From assembly GCF_030684315.1 (NCBI RefSeq), contig NC_081396.1, positions 5,456,001-5,520,000 of the forward strand: a stretch of DNA of 64,000 nt, in the 5' to 3' direction. Under the pieces are notes generated by a model. That model was not told where the DNA came from. It ran no database searches and saw only the letters and a program-made list of their open reading frames with translations. Numbering within the stretch: the stretch's first letter is position 1; every line of letters begins with the position of its first letter. Positions 1 through 14,300 of this stretch are shown piece by piece. A program made the translations under genes and the position numbers. Source of the stretch: Stegostoma tigrinum (taxonomy: Eukaryota).

Positions 1-840
1 TTTGCCAATTGATTGAACTTTTCAAGGTGGTGATCATGTGTGTAGATAGTTAATGCTGTCGATGCATTTTATATGAATTTTAGCAAAGCCTTTGACAAAC
101 CAGGTGACTGATAAGTAACGTAAAATTTCTTGGCAAATTGGATCCAGTTTGGCTCAGTGGTAGAAGGCAGAGGTAACTGATAGAAGGTTGTTTTTGTGAC
201 CGGAGGCCAATGCACAATCGTGTAACCAGAGATTTTTGTTGATCTCCGAACGGTAAGGCAGAAATTCTTGTGTTAAAGGAATGTATAGGCAGGTTGCTCA
301 GCTGGGCAGATCAATGACAGATGGAATCTAACTCCGAAAATGCCCTTAAGGGATAGAATCGGCCATATTTACCTGTTCTGTCCTACTCGTGAGTCCAGCC
401 TCACAGGAATGTGTTTGACTGTTACTTACCCCACAGACCGTGAGAGATGGAAGTGAGAGATGGACAAAACTTGTTAATATAAATAACATGCCCACACCCC
501 GTGAAGATTGTTATGAAGGTGATGCATTTTGGAAGAAGTACCAAGACAAGGGAGCCCCAATGAATGACAGGAAGCTTAGGAGTTAAGAGAAACAGAAGGT
601 TTTTTGGATGCTTGTCTACAGATACCTGAAGCAAGAAAGGTTGCTTAATACAGCAGTGAAGAAAACATACAAGACGCTATTTATTAACCATCATAGAAAG
701 ACTGAAGAGCACGGAGGTTATATACGAGCTGTACAATACTTTGTTTAGTCCACGCCTGTGAATTTATGCTTCAGAGATTCAATACATACAGTAATGGCCT
801 AATGGCCTTCTTTTGCTCTCGGGTCATCCTGTAGCTCTAT
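1..840 (+). mobile_element. CR1 LINE RT/3' fragments
   Basis: MNFSKAFDK at about 73-100, and aggtgatgcattttggaag. Confidence 0.6.
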
Positions 841-1200
841 TTTATGATTATTTGACGGCTCTCGGGTTGGATCAAGTTGCATACAGTCGAATCTTGCTTT
901 GGGCTGAGATGTAATATAGGAAAAGCCAGCAACTGCAACTTCCTCTCCAAGCAACTTGGCATCCTGATGTGGAACTATGTTGCCATTCTTTCATTGTCTC
1001 CGGTTCAAATCTGGAAAATCCCTCCCTAATGACGTTGTGTGTGTAGTTGCAGTTTCTTGTTTTTAAAAAAGCACAACATCTCCACGCTCTGTGACTTTTT
1101 TTATTGCTTTACGAACCTGCTTCACACCTCTAAAACACTGCTGCCCATGACTTCGTGTTCATGTTTTATGAATAGCTACTGTTAAACAAACTTCTTACAT

Positions 1201-1561
1201 ATACTACAACTTCTAGCTCCGTGTTGTCGCAGCGTCTACCTGTACAAACCTCTGCTGCATTTAAAATTAATTTAATCTGTCAGTATTCACGATGCAATCA
1301 GTATACAGTTTAATTGTACCATCAGTCCTTAGGACAAACTCTGAAGCACCTGCTTCAGAGGCGCAGTTAACAACTCGGTAGCAGAATAAAGAAAATACTG
1401 CCAGAGGAATAATTCCTGCTTCCACTGATCCTGCGGCAAAAATCAGCCAGTTAATGGCCACGAAAATACAACTAAGCGACTTCACTGTCTATTCCAGTGC
1501 TTGAATTGATGCTCAGCACACACATCGATACACAGCACAGAGGCATTTAGAAAAAAAAAAC
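1201..1561 (+). pseudogene. TCR delta-type V pseudogene resembling the NAR-TCR supporting-V-delta family
   Basis: Reads SSVLSQRLPVQTSAAFKINLICQYSRCNQYTV*LYHQSLGQTLKHLLQR, frameshift, QNKENTARGIIPASTDPAAKISQLMATKIQLSDFTVYSSA*. Acceptor mutated (cttacAT). RSS-like CACATCG-23-A-run at 1521-1559. Confidence 0.8.
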
Positions 1562-3499
1562 TTACAATGAAGCTTCGTAACTATGAGGCTGGAATATTAG
1601 AAAATTGAAGATGCAGTCTATTTCTTTCTAATATTTGGTAATTGATTTGTTATAAAGGAAGCCTTACAATTTAAAGTATTAATCTGCATGTCACGAAGAT
1701 TGCCTAAACTTCAAGCTTACTAGATCATTGTTGTAGCAGGACGTGATGAAAAAGATAGGCCGTCAAAACTTAAACAGGTATGCATAGATTTAGCAATGAA
1801 TTACACGTTTGGTTGGACAAATATTGGAACAAATCAAATATGTAAATTCTGGGGAAGATGCAACGATACAAGAACTAATTGGGCTATACCTTTCGGGGGT
1901 GGGAAGATATACAAATAAGATCATCCATATTGTATGATTCTATATTTCGAAATTTCTATTTATATTTTACTTCTGGAAATCTAACCAAAAGCAGCATTCT
2001 AATAGCAATAAGGCAGCTAGTTTCCAAACCAATAATTCTCCATAGGACAATCGGCCAGAAAATACAGTTTCAGTAATAACGAGCATAGGTCATGAAACAT
2101 AAGACTTCTCTGCTACTTTAACACATCACAAGAAATTCTACCTGTTTTTCATTCTATTTGACAGTTTCCATCTAACAAGGAGGTCGAATTTTTCGTTTGT
2201 AACTAATTTAACTTTTGTATGAAGTTTCACATTATTTCATCGCCTATTTTGAAGTTTCATCACTTAAAGAACATGTCCTAAGGTTTCTCAACCGTTGGTT
2301 AGTTTCCGTGTTTGCAGGTTTCTCAGTGGTTTCATTGCTACGTGCAACTGTTGCTTCTGCATCTCTGACAGCTTCAATTCCCTACAACCCATTAGTTAGG
2401 CATCTGACCCGTTCAAGGGACATGCATTTCACTGAATTTTACTTGCGAAAAGGTCTTATTGTTCAAGATAGGCAATTTGGCCCAAATTCGTAAACATGCA
2501 TTTATACATCACACCAGCCAATCCCTGCTCTACCACAGTCAACAATTACCAGCGGTGTCGGGTGTTTCTCGATGCGTCTCTCTCTCCTGTAATTATTCTT
2601 CTCCAGTCACTCCACTTCTCAATGAGTTGCACGTTTTTGTGTGTTTACAAGTGGAAGTATTCTTCCTTGTATGCTCTCTTCTGCCAGTAACTCCTTTGGT
2701 GATTTCTCTTTCTTTGGACTTATGCTCGAAATAATGTGCCTCCGCAATCGTTTCAATGAACGCATTAATCATTTAAAATATTTTCATGAAGTTGTCTCCT
2801 GGTTCCGTGATTCCCAAAGTAAACAGGTCACCTCAAAGTTTTCAGGTTGGAGTATATTGTAGCTGATCACCTTTATTTCAGGGGGTTAGTAATTCAACGT
2901 CTTTCACATGTGAACAAAAGAATTATTAACATGGGAGGCGAGTCGAAGTTTCAAGCTTGTTCCACCATTCAATATGATCACAGGTGATCATTTACCTTCA
3001 AGCAAACATCACTATACTGTTCAAAACAAAATTGATTCAGTTCTTACCCAAAAAATGCCAAAATTTCGACCATTGACAGCTTCTTCCTTGTCAATCTTAC
3101 AATCTCATCTCTGATGAGCAACGTACATGAATTATTGCAGCCCTTCGTCTCAAACATTAACAATCAATGTATTGCTTCAGATTTTTCATGCTCATTTCTG
3201 AAGAGGGAAAGTTCGGAAAATAATTGCCGATTTAAAGATAAGTGGAAGTATTGTCAGGAACAATAAATCGAGGGAGAGATGTAGGGGAAGATTCAATGAT
3301 ATAAAAGGCATTGTGATGTTTATCTGTGAAAGCAATTTTGCTTTAGATGCATTTAAGAATTTAAACACACTAATTTTCCTGTGGGTGGCCTGTGTTGGGC
3401 TATTTGATGCCTAAGCTGTCTGCTCACAAAAGTAGTCTTGCTCTACATCTGTACAACCCTAAAGCTGCAATCAAAGATCATAAATTATAAAGCTGTTCT

Positions 3500-5420
3500 G
3501 TTTTCCATTTAACAGGCTTGAGGTAATATCAAAGATAATGGAAACTGCAACTTGATGGCTTTTGATGTCTCTTTCTGCTAGTTGCATTCATCGCTGTCCA
3601 CAATCCACCAAATAATCATGACAATTCCCTAAGCCATTCAGTGCTTCAAGCCAGTCAAAAATGTCCCTGTGTATTTGTGGTGAATGGAGTGACAACTTCC
3701 GCATATGAAGCCTATTGTAAAGCATGCTGTGCCCAAGATGGCATGGAACATTTTGATTGTCTTGAAGTTGCACTTATTCAAGCAAGTTTGCAGTGTTGAA
3801 TCACACTTTTGAATTGTGTCTTGTTGATGATGGACAGGCTTTGGGTGATCAGCAGATTCGCTACGGCATTCGTAGCGTCTTTTGTACCTTCACTTCACCG
3901 TAGACCTTCTGTGGAAGCAACAGCATTAATATTACGAGTCAATTTCTGTTTCTGCCACTTGCTATCACCAGGATTTTGATACTCTGGGATTCAATAATGG
4001 CAACGACCACGAACATGAAAAGATGATGACTGCATTGTCCGTTGCTACAGACGGGCAGTGCTTCACATTGACGTGGCACGAATGTTCCTTTCCATCCATG
4101 ACAGCTGAACATGAAATATGAATTGTAAAATTGGCCAGCACCACCCGGTTCGCAGGAAGAACGGCAAATGTAAAACAATCCACTACACGTTCCAAATTCT
4201 TTTCATCACCTGCCAAGTGATGGAAGGCATCATGAACAGTGTAATAACCAAGCCTATGGAAAAGAATAACCTGCTAACTGATATAAAGCTTGGTTTACAC
4301 TGTACCCACTTAGCTGCTGATTGCATTACAACATTGGTCCAAACATAGATAAAGAGCTACACAACAGAAGTTAATTGAGCATGTTTTCTCTTGACATTAA
4401 GGTGACATTTAACTAAGCATTCTATCAAATAAATGGACATAGACTCCATTAGTTGCAGTAATATTTGGTCATAAGAGATTGTGAGTTTTGAAGAAAATTT
4501 ATGCCAACAGCAGGACATTGTTGTGCGTGTTCATTAGGGTAGTCTAATATTACTCAATGGCTTCGTCAAGGATCTTACTTCCATTACATTGTTAGAAGTG
4601 TAGATGCCTCTTCATGATTTTACAGTGTTCAGCAGCATTGCTGATTCCTCTGTTACTAAAGCAGTTAATCTTGTTCACAACAAGATCTGGACAACTTTCA
4701 GGTTTGCAATGAAACGTGAAAATATCATGTGTAATACCTAAGTGCCTGGACGTGATTGCCTATTATAAGAAATTATTTAATTGTCACCCTTTTATATTCA
4801 ATGGCATCACCATCAATATCAGCACCTGGGCCTAGCGATGACAGAAAATTGAACAGACCAGCCGAGTAAATATTCCAGCGACGAGAATAAGTCAGAGGCT
4901 GTGAAAAATATGTCGATCAACTCACTCCTATTGTCTGTTCACCGTCCACCAACCATAAGGCAAGAATGAGAATGGGATGAAAAACAGTCCACTTGGATTA
5001 TGAGTCCAGATTGATCAGGACTGAAGTGTCTTGAAATTATCCAAAATGAAGAATTGATTGTTTCCCATTCATTATCTTCAATGTTCATAAAAATCACCAG
5101 CGATGCACAGCAATTGCAGCGTTTGCCACAAACAAGATGCATTCTAGGAACTCACAAAGCCCCTTTGAATGGCACCTTCCATTACTGCGAACTCCACCAT
5201 TTAGAAGAACCATATTCATACCAACATATCCAAGTTCCCCTCCAAGTCACAGATCATCCTGACTTGAAACTTTTCATGGGTTTGGCACTATTACTGTGTT
5301 ACAAATCCTGAAACTGGCGCCTTTGGCTGCCAGATGGACTTCACAAATTCAGGCAGGCACAGCACACAGTCATGTTCTCTGTGGCAGGACTTGCTGGTCC
5401 AACCAATTACTGCCATAACC
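3500..5420. mobile_element. Old LINE fragments in both orientations
   Basis: Decayed RT-like text (VMEGIMNSVI..NNLLTD..GLH), the same family as 24000-24730 and 36920-37720. Confidence 0.5.
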
Positions 5421-7455
5421 CCAGAAGAAAATAAAAAGTAAAAGCCTGACTATGCCATTAATTAAACTGCACTTGAAATTGCCTATGTTAATACCTTACC
5501 AAATGTTATAGTTTGTTACATTTTTCTACGTTCTATCCCTGTTTATGGTACACATATACTCATTGTTTATATTTTCATTCCTGTAGTTATCGTTGCCAGC
5601 TTAACCCTTGTGTCCTTCATTTGCGAGTGCACAACCTGCATGCTGTGTGAACGTGATCTATTCCTTTCCATGTAACTGCTGTTCTATCAGTGACCATCAC
5701 AGTAATCATCTTCCTCACTTGATATAACACAATTGTTGTGACATTTGGTAGAGAACTTGTGGATTGGGAGGCTGGAATTTGCTGAGCGTAAAATGCTGGG
5801 GGAAAGAAGTGTGTGGCCACTTGAGAGAATGGTGTGTTTTTTCTATGCCTAGAGATTCAAAAGTGATGTCTGTGGGCACCAGGTTGCGGGGTTGCAAGAG
5901 CACAGAAAGCACTCGAATTAAAACATTTACACTAAAATGCTGTAAAGTTAGTAGGCCAAGGAGAAGTTTTGTTTTGTTACTAGGCAACAAGTTTTGAATC
6001 TAGCCAATCGAATTGAACCAGGCACGTTATACCGAAAACCATTTAAATTTAAATGTGATGGTTTTGACAATATTTGGAATAATCCTATTGTAAGACATTC
6101 CTATGCCATTATGGTTATAAAGGAGAAGAGAGTTGGACAATGTCAGGACCGCAAACTGCCACCTGCCAGGATAAACGGATTCCTGCTCTCAAGACAGAAT
6201 CACTGGCTCTCACAGCTTTATTTTCTAAGTCTTAGCGAAAGCACCATCTAAATCAGAGGTACCAACACACAACTAATTAATATTACTGACAGAAGAATCG
6301 ATGAAGAAGTTGTTCCTGACAGTATATTAAACAGAGAATGTGTAGAATGTTCCACAAAACATGTGACTTCGACATAATTTCCAAAAACTAACTAATATGT
6401 TTTTTGTTAATTATTTTATGTAAGACGGACCTGTATTTACAGAAACAGCACATCACTGGAATCGTGTTTCATTCAGGAATACTTATCAGCTAGAAGAGCT
6501 TCCTGCGATTTGTTAACTTTTTAGTTCATTGGTTCACTTTTAAAGTGATCTAAATATATTGCTACTTGTTGACTGTTATGTGAGTGCCAGATATTTGTTT
6601 TATTTAACCACTAGAACTGAAAGGCAAGTTATAACACTTTTCAGACTCCATTTTCACATATTATAGGGAAAGGCACTCCTCTTTGAATGTTTCAGTTTTA
6701 GTTCTCAGAGGGTCAATTTCCGCTCTATAACATCATCCCTCTGTATTCAATCTTACCTCTTCTTTTGTATTCATTCGTGGGACGTGGGCGTAGCTGGCTC
6801 CGCAGCATTTATTGCCCATCCCTAATTTCCCAGAGGGCAGTTAAGAATCAATCACATTGCTGTGTATGTGGAAACGCACGCAGGCCAGGGCAGGTATGGG
6901 TGTCAGTTTTATTTCCTAAAGGACATTTGTGAGCCAGGCGGGTATTTCCCCTGACAATCGATGATGGATTCACAGTTACCATAAATTCTGAATTTATTTA
7001 TTGAATTCACATTCCACCATCTGCTGTGGAAGGATTCGAGGCCAGGTCCCCCAAAGTGCTATCTCAACCTCTGGATAAACAGTTCAGCAATAATACCATT
7101 AGGCCATTGATCCTTCATGGGCAACCAGCTCCTTCAGTGCGTCACAGGAAGAAACACCTCGAAGGATTCAGCCGAATTTCGAGTTATCAAAGTTCGAACA
7201 AATTTCATTCAACACTACACAGGCCAGCATGACACGGCATGAAAGCCACTTCACATGATTTTCTGTCTGTTTTAAAGTCCATCAAACAGAAAGTAGTAGC
7301 TGAATCCATTTTCTCAAAAACTCCAAATAGCTGGGGATCCAAAGTAGCTCTCTGTAGATTTCCAAACATTATAAACTGATGTATCACTAAGCTGGGAACA
7401 GACAATCCCTGACATCAACAGTCAACAGCAGAAGCCATTGCTTCATGTGAAAAAA

Positions 7456-9930
7456 ATTCACGGCCCAAAGATTGGCCTAGTTTATGGAACTTACTTTCCA
7501 ATTCTTGCTGTAATCAGAGTCCCAGGTGAATCATTGTTCTAAATAAGTAATTCTGAAAATCACCGTGTTATGAAGGGAGAGCTGACAGTGACAAATGACA
7601 GTGAGAAATAATGATCCACAGTAATCGACGGGAATGTAATCTGCTCTGGAAAATTCCAACACTTATTCTTCCTACTTAAAGCGTTTGTGGTTGTTAAAGG
7701 CCAGGATGATAATTTCCATGAGAGATAGTAGTAACTTCCCTGCTCCTTTGATGCTGCCTGGCCTGCTGTGTTCATCCAGCTCTACACCTTGTTATCTCTG
7801 ATAATATCCCTTGACTGATTGAAGGGACAGATGAGTATTTGGCCAGTTATTCAAAATTTAGAGTTCATGGGTGGATATTCAATGCTTAGCATTGGAAATT
7901 GCAATTCAGCATGCATCTTCAATGGAACCACGGAATTTTAAGTGAAACATGGGATTGCGTTGCTAGATTGTTTTTCCACAGCGTTTTGCCATGAGCTCAA
8001 ATTCCACAATTTCAGTTGATTATTTCTGAAGAAATAAGTCTGTATTGGAAATCAAGTATCAAAGATGAACTTGGATTATGGGTCTTCTGGATTAAAAAAT
8101 CTCCGCCTGTCTCAGTAACGCTACATTTGGAAACAGATATACTTAAGTCGCTTGAGGAGTAGTGACTGTCAAGTTGAAATACTAGTAGTCATTTCTCTCA
8201 GGAGTGAGCTGCCTGACGATACACTAGAATTATGATGACTTGACATTTTAATTCTTTTTCAACCTAGAACCTGAGAACTGAATCTTCATCTCCCGCTGAA
8301 TTTATATAACATTGCCTTGAGTTGAAGAGTTTTGCTTCGGATTTTTTTCTTTGGTAGGTGAAAACTTTGAGGCAAAATTAGCAAGCCCTGCATTAAATAT
8401 CATATCCTACTAATGAGTAAATTAATTGTGCTTTTTCGTTAAAGGCATCAAGAATGTCGAAGCCAATGTACAGTTAAATTGGTGTTCTTGAAGCTGACAT
8501 TATCTTGAGTCATTTAAAGTGTGATCATAGGTTACCTGAATAAAACAAGACAACCCAAACGTGATTTTAAAATAAAAAAAGAGACATGTCGTTTATCAAA
8601 TTTATGTTGGTGTTAAAACTTACACTATAATTTTCATCTCAATCACTTTATGACAGTGTTAAAGGTGCTACATAAATACAAGATAAAACTCTTATTGGTG
8701 AGATGGAGATTTCGCTGCAGGTTCATAAATATTTGTTTCAGTTTCCACCCAGAAACGATGTCAATATAGCAAACCTTGCACAATCGTCTGTCTCGTTAGG
8801 AGCTTGTTTTCGTTTTTTCTTAGATGCTTGCAGTAAATTTAATGACAATTGCCATCACCAACTGAGAATGATGTCTTTCTGGATGTATCACTCGGTATCT
8901 GGCAGTGACTGACTTTTGGTAGTTATTAGTGCTGTGATGTTTAGTTGGATTACTAGCATTTCTTTCCCCGTTTGCTTCATGTCTACGACTCCCAAATGTA
9001 CTGTGAGTACTGTAATCATCCATGCAGCCATGAAGAGTTAAGCCTGATTAACCATTTCTTTCACTTTAATCGACTTTTAGCCATTTGATCCCAGAAGCTG
9101 ACAACAATATTTTTTACAGAGATACAGCAGCTGTGCTCAAAGAATCAGTCAGTTTGTTGAGCTGTTTAAAAGGCATTTTTGGTACTTTTCACACGAACCA
9201 CTCAATATAATGAACAAGGTAGCGTGGTTTTGCAATGAAAAGTCGACAGTCTATAGATCACCATCATGAACAGTCTACAATAGTTTGGCATGTGTTTTAA
9301 ATCTGGGCTTGCTGTTCTTATTGATTTGACTGCTTCAAACTCTGACTGTCAAATACAATTTTTTTTGCAGCCAGTTGGGCGGGCAGGAAACTCCTGACCA
9401 GCACAGCAGCGAAGAGAATCACAGTGATCCAAAGATGGAGAATTGGAGAAAGTCAATTGATTTCCAAATGACCGTTCCAAGAAGATTCATTTTGGATGAC
9501 ATAACATAGATTTGCTCCTTGTGACCGTTTCAAACGAGCCTTATCTCTGGAATAACAAGGCATGGAGCTCGATACACACAGCAGGCCAAGCAGCAATCTA
9601 GTAGCAGGAAAGCTGACGTTTCAGACCTACACCCTTCTTCTGATGAAAACCTTTCTGATTATGGACCTAGGCCTGAAACGTCAGCTTTCCTGCTCCTGAG
9701 ATGCTGCTTGGCCAGCTGTGTTCATTCAGCTCAACGCTTTGTTATCTCGGATTCTCCAGCGTCTGCAGTTCCCGTTATCTCTTATTTCTGGAATTCCAAT
9801 TGCAATGATTCCAGATTCACTCAGCAAGAAAGTGGAAACATGCTTCAGCTCCTTAGCTGTTGCACAACACTTGAATCGATATAGTGATTCAGAGAAAACG
9901 CAGAGATGAGATGAATAATCCAACAATAAC
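7456..9930 (+). pseudogene. GPR139-like GPCR pseudogene. Exon 1 7456-7525; exon 2 from 8834 to about 9930, interrupted by a repeat at about 9549-9782.
   Basis: 70-nt exon 1 (ATG>ATT)HGPKIGLVYGTYFPILAVIRVP-G with donor GTGAAT. Exon 2 after tgcAG reads VNLMTIAI..CITRYL..LSCLKGIFWYFSHEPLNIMNKVAWFC..DPKMENWRKSI, and after the repeat NDSRFTQQESGNMLQLLSCC. Collinear with the intact paralog, with many stops and frameshifts. Confidence 0.88.
9549..9782. mobile_element. Short inverted Penelope-derived repeat inside the GPCR pseudogene exon
   Basis: Head-to-head copies of cagcaggccaagcagca..gcaggaaagctgacgtttc. Similar copies at about 33710-33900, 30930-31025, 7730-7800 and 57900-58025. Confidence 0.7.
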
Positions 9931-11394
9931 CTTTGGAAATTTACTGTTCACGTCATACATTAGGAAATCTGCAGGCATTTATTTCCAGTATGTTCGTAAT
10001 TTTACTGTGGTATCATTCTATTCTTTACCCCAGCGACTTGGTGTCCAATTTATCTTGGGTAGCGAAGGAAAACATGCACTGAAGTGTAAGTTTTTCATCG
10101 CATTCCACTGATGTGGTGAGGGCCAGACAGTAGTAGATGGTAAAAATGGAGCTAATTTGTGATTGAAGATTGAGCAATAATCCCTTCACTTCTGTCTCCG
10201 TTCCCCCTTTTGCAGACCGTTTTAATAATATGACAAAAGGGAAGTAAGAGAACGTGATTCGGTTCGTCCACACTTCGCTGAAATTAAAATGACCCACCTT
10301 CTTTGTATGCTATGATCTTTTTCACCTTTGGCATTCTCAATAATTTAGTACCCACAATCTACTGACATAGGGATTTCCGGAGTCAAACCTTTGGCAGTTT
10401 ATATTTCGCCTATTCTCATCCCTAAATATCCTTTAACTGAAACTGACTTTTGGTTGCAATCTCTGCAGGCAGGAAGACTGTTTCACTTTGTTGAGTATCC
10501 AAATCCCCACATAATGTTTGTACATTATAAAGAGATAATGTCCAAACTTTTCAGCATTCAGAATGGACAGGCTAATTTTTTTAAGTGTATACCCTGTCTG
10601 TCTGGGATGATACATGTCTCTTACAACATATTCACTCACATTTATACCATATAGTGAGCAGAGAAATAGCTGAGCAAAGCCTCCAACCAGGCATCACAGA
10701 AAAAGGCAAACAGATGTTAGGATTGTGCTGCTGTCCTTAAGAATGAGGATAATTGCAAAAAAAAACAGTTTGGCATTTCTTTGTGTATTGGGGATCCCTG
10801 AGCAGGTTCAGAGTTATGTAATTAAGCATAGACAGCTCTCGGTGAAGCTGAAGCTTCCAGAGTATCATATTGAAAACAAAATTCTGATGAGAAAGTAGAG
10901 ACATCCTCACAGTCTTTTTCAGGAATGGGCTATGTCTGATCAAATAGGCATACAGCTCAAATATAGTAAGGAGACTTTGCAATAAGCGAAATTCCAATGG
11001 AAAAGCTTTTAGGTGTATTAACAAATGAGTATTTTGCACAGCCAAGACTATGACCCCAGTTCCATATTGAGAACACCCGTTCAGATGAGTGTAAGTTGAT
11101 TCTGTAGCTCTATTCCAGCAGATACTATCAGCATATCAGTACACCCTTACAATTATGAATACAGTTATGGCAAGTAAAGCCTGATTCTAAGAAACTACTC
11201 ATTTGAGGACTCTTGAAGGTAGATAATCATAGTAAACCAGACTCAGATTTTTCTTTTAAATATGCACTATTAATTTAAATACAACTTTACAGGGCTCGTG
11301 AGTTGTGCCTATCAGTTTTCTTCATTATAGGCAATTAGCAGTATGGGGTGAAAACAAATGCAGAGAACCGTGTACCAATCATACATAGAACACA

Positions 11395-14300
11395 CCTACT
11401 TAAATAGCAATTACTTACCTTCCCAACAGACTCACAGCTCTGACCTCACTTCCGCCCAGCACCCTCTGCACTCAGCTGTAAAAAAAGATGGCTGGTTTCG
11501 AGGTAAGTGCTTAAATAGCAATCACTTACCTTCCCAACAGCCTCTGTGCTTGGACCTCACTTCTGCCCAGACACCGCCACTCTCTGTTGTAAAAAAAGAC
11601 CCCTAGCTTCGAGGTAAGTGCTTAAATAATACTGGGATCATAGTTCCTCAAAAGAAATGGACTTTACCTGAACAGAGGAGGAACTAATCACCTGGTTTAG
11701 AGAATCAATCTTGCAGCAAGGGTGAATTAAAACTTGTAAGGAAGCGAGTGTGGGTTGACAAATGGGCTTAGATTTGGAAGCACCAGAGAGGACAAAGAAG
11801 AGAAAGTGGCGAATCAAGGTGAAAGGGTGAGAAAAGGCTTGCCTGTTGACAGACAATTAAGAAATGGCAACTTTACATTGGGTAAGAAAGAGATAAGGAC
11901 AGGGTTATATTTCACCTTCGTGAAAGCACGGAGTACCATGAGGAAAATTGGAGAAATATAAACAGAATTTTCTCGACGGGCACATGACATAGTACAGAAG
12001 CTTGGCTCAAGTCATAATAGGAACGGATAATTAATATTCTGGTTATAAAGCGTTCAGTAGAAGCAAAGTTTGGTAAAAGGTAAGGAAATGTAATAGTTTT
12101 CGTCAAAGGTAATGCTACTGCCCTTCAGAGAAATACATTTCCAGAATTAGAATCGATATAGTCAGGCAATAAACAGAAAGAGAACAGTGATCTTGTTAGG
12201 TATTTATTACAGTCCTCTAAATAATGGGGAGGAAGCAAATGAAAACATTTGTATGCAGGTTAGTGAAAACTGCAGGGAAAATTTGGTGGTGATTTCAATT
12301 CCGCTAGAGGAGGCTGAAATGAAGGTAGAGAAATAAAGGAGGGTGAAAGGGGTGATATTTTTCCAATACGTGCAAGAGAACTTTCTTGATCGTACATTTC
12401 CAGTCCCACCAGTGAGGGAATTGGGCTGGATCTTGTCGTAGAAAAAGAGGCAGGCCAAGTGGAGAAAATTCGAATGTGGAAGCATTTGGTAGATAACGTT
12501 CATAAAATAATAAGGTCAATATTAATCTTGAAATGGACTCAAATCAGTCGAAGATTAAGATCCCAGTGTAGAAAAGGCAGATTTTAAGTATTTAAAAGTT
12601 GAAATGGAACACTTGATTCGAAACACATATTGGCAGATAAAACGGTGGAGTAAAAAGGGGAGGATTTTTTTTAAAAATGAACTGGACAGAAGCTAGGGAC
12701 GTAACCATGATAAATATATACCGATTATTCCAAACAGGAGGACTCTGAATGACTAAGGATGTTGATGAGAATATGAGCAATTTAAAAGGGGCATATGATG
12801 CATACCAGAATAAAAATAAAAAGAAATCAGGGGGACCATATCAAATGCAGGAGAGAAGACAAGATTGAAATGAGGAAGACGAAGAAGAATCCAGAGGAAA
12901 GTATTGCAGGCTGCACCAACTCAACTGTACATGTTCTTCAGATATATTATTACAAAATATTAGTCAAAGACAGAGTAAGACCCAGAAGGAACAAGCAGGA
13001 TAAGCTGGTCACCAAAGCAAAGGATATAGCGGATGTACTAAATGGATATTCTTCTTCTATTTTTATAAAACTGAATATAGTGACAATGGCCTGGATGAAA
13101 ACTTGGCTTTTGAGTAACTGAAAAGTATAGTGATATGCAAAAAGAGATGTCAAATACACGGGAAGCACTCCAAGACGATAAGTTGCCCAGCGGAGGCAGG
13201 ATGCATCCTAGATTGCCAAGGCAGTTCAGGGATCAAAGTGCAAAGTCATTGAAACAAATTTTCCAGGCCTCTCTGAACACATGAGTAGTCAAGGCAGACT
13301 GCTGGATTGCAAATCTGACACCATGTTTCAAAAAGGGAAAAAGAACAGCACTCAAAATTACAAACCTGTCTGCTTCACGTCAGGAGTGTGAACACTGATG
13401 GAGGCCCCATGTGGGACGAGGTTGATGTACAGTTCGAGAAAAGTTAGGTAATGCCAGACACTCAACGTTGTTTTCTGAAGAGTAGTTCATGTATGGCACA
13501 TTTAACTAATTACTTGAAGAAGTGATACAGGCAGTAGATGACTGTACTGCTGTGGATGTCATACATTTGAACAGTCGGAAATAGTATGGTGATGTGCTGC
13601 TTCATGGCATGTTAACAAACGAATTAGAACTGCTTGGGATTGATGTGTCTTTGGCATCATGGGTAGAAGTTTGCTAAAGAATATGAAACAATGGGTAGGT
13701 GTAGATATGCATTTCCCAAATTGGAGACAACTTGAAAGTGTCATTCCATTGGAAATGGTGTTGGGATCTTGCTTTTCTCTTATTAAAACAAACGATTTGG
13801 ACTTGGCTTTTGAGGGAATACAAAATCTCAAAATTTGGAGATTGTACTAGGTTAGGACGAGGGACGAACTGTGAGGATGATGCTGAGCCACTTCAGGAGA
13901 GAATTGATAAGCTGGCCAAATGGGCAGGTAACTCGCAGATAAATTTTAATGCAGAGAAATATGAAGAAATGCATTTTGGGAGAATAAACACGGAAAGACA
14001 AGGCACGTTCAATAGTACGCATTTCAGGGAGTACAGGAGTGAACTGACATCGGGAATCATGTACATGACTCTCTGAAGGTGGCCAAGCAAGTTGAAACAG
14101 TTCAAGAAAGCAAATAAGATGCTTGAGTAAAAAAAAGATACAGAGGGTAAAAGCAAGGAAATAATGTTACGCCAAAAGGATATTGACTGGGATCATGCCA
14201 TAAATGAAAGAACTTTTTATACAAGGAAAGATTAGAGAGGTTGTTCAGTTCTCCTTGAAGCAGAGGAGAATACAAAGTGACTTTACTGAGGTGTTCAAAA

